Origin: Podarcis muralis
Taxonomy: Eukaryota
Direction: 5' to 3'
Length of the DNA stretch: 64,000 bases
NCBI RefSeq assembly: GCF_964188315.1
Contig: NC_135656.1
Location: forward strand, 66,464,001 to 66,528,000
The notes under the pieces were generated by a model. That model did not search any database. It had not been told where the DNA came from and saw nothing but the letters and a program-made list of their open reading frames with translations. Position 1 is the stretch's first letter. The number at the start of each line of letters is the position of its first letter. This document shows positions 63,509 through 64,000 of the stretch, piece by piece. The translations under genes and the position numbers were made by a program.

Positions 63509-64000
63509 TGTTGATGTTGATAAAAATGGGTGTTGATTTGCACACACACATGCACACGCACACACACTTCATATACTGATTTTATTTTTGCTAACTTCAG
63601 ATTTATAAGTTCTACCTTGAGAAAGGAATAATTGTCCTAGAATAAAGTGAACTGAACAAGGAGTATTGATAGGCCAACCAGTGTGTTGAAAAAATGTGTG
63701 TTGTGTAACTAAGTGCTGCATCTGACCATCTCATCCTTGGTCTGCAGGACCTGTGAAAATCCTGTCAGAATGGTCTTCATGGTTTTTGTGTTCATGACAA
63801 GACATCTTTCTTTTTCCAGAACACCAATATTATGGAGGAGGAACCAATATTATGGAGGAGGCAAGATGGTGAGGACATAACCGGGAAGGGGGGGGGGGAA
63901 TGACAGAGAGTCTTCACACCTTCACAGGACTAAAAGGAAGCCAATGAAATTCTATGGCTGGATGGCAGCTGTTCAGTGTTTGGTTAACAGTGAAGCAAAC

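Overview
Vertebrate genomic DNA from a squamate, very probably a lacertid lizard, judged from a lacertid-type Sauria SINE and squamate L2/CR1/hAT/Tigger-like repeats. The window holds the 3' part of EBF1 (early B-cell factor 1, COE family) on the minus strand. Six coding exons are present (57803-57891, 38454-38519, 36277-36454, 34137-34316, 28899-29093, 20308-20339), all with GT-AG boundaries and a continuous reading frame ending ...NGNSLQ-AISGMIVPPM*. They are followed by a ~3.3 kb AU-rich 3'UTR with a likely ATTAAA signal at 17058-17063. Earlier exons lie beyond the right edge, and 1-17000 is downstream intergenic DNA. Apart from ORFs overlapping these exons or LINE remnants, the ORF track shows no further credible protein-coding genes. 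The most unusual structures are: (i) a 1.38 kb TA-flanked Tigger/pogo-like element whose interior is a CpG-rich, hairpin-built 60-bp minisatellite; (ii) four copies of one ~390-bp hAT MITE clustered around the EBF1 3' end, one carrying a nested solo LTR with an intact-looking promoter aimed antisense at the EBF1 3'UTR; (iii) a perfect 58-bp (AAT)n/(ATT)n palindrome at an L2 tail; (iv) several candidate enhancers and EBF-type motifs. Repeat family names and human comparisons come from recognition or memory, not from database searches.
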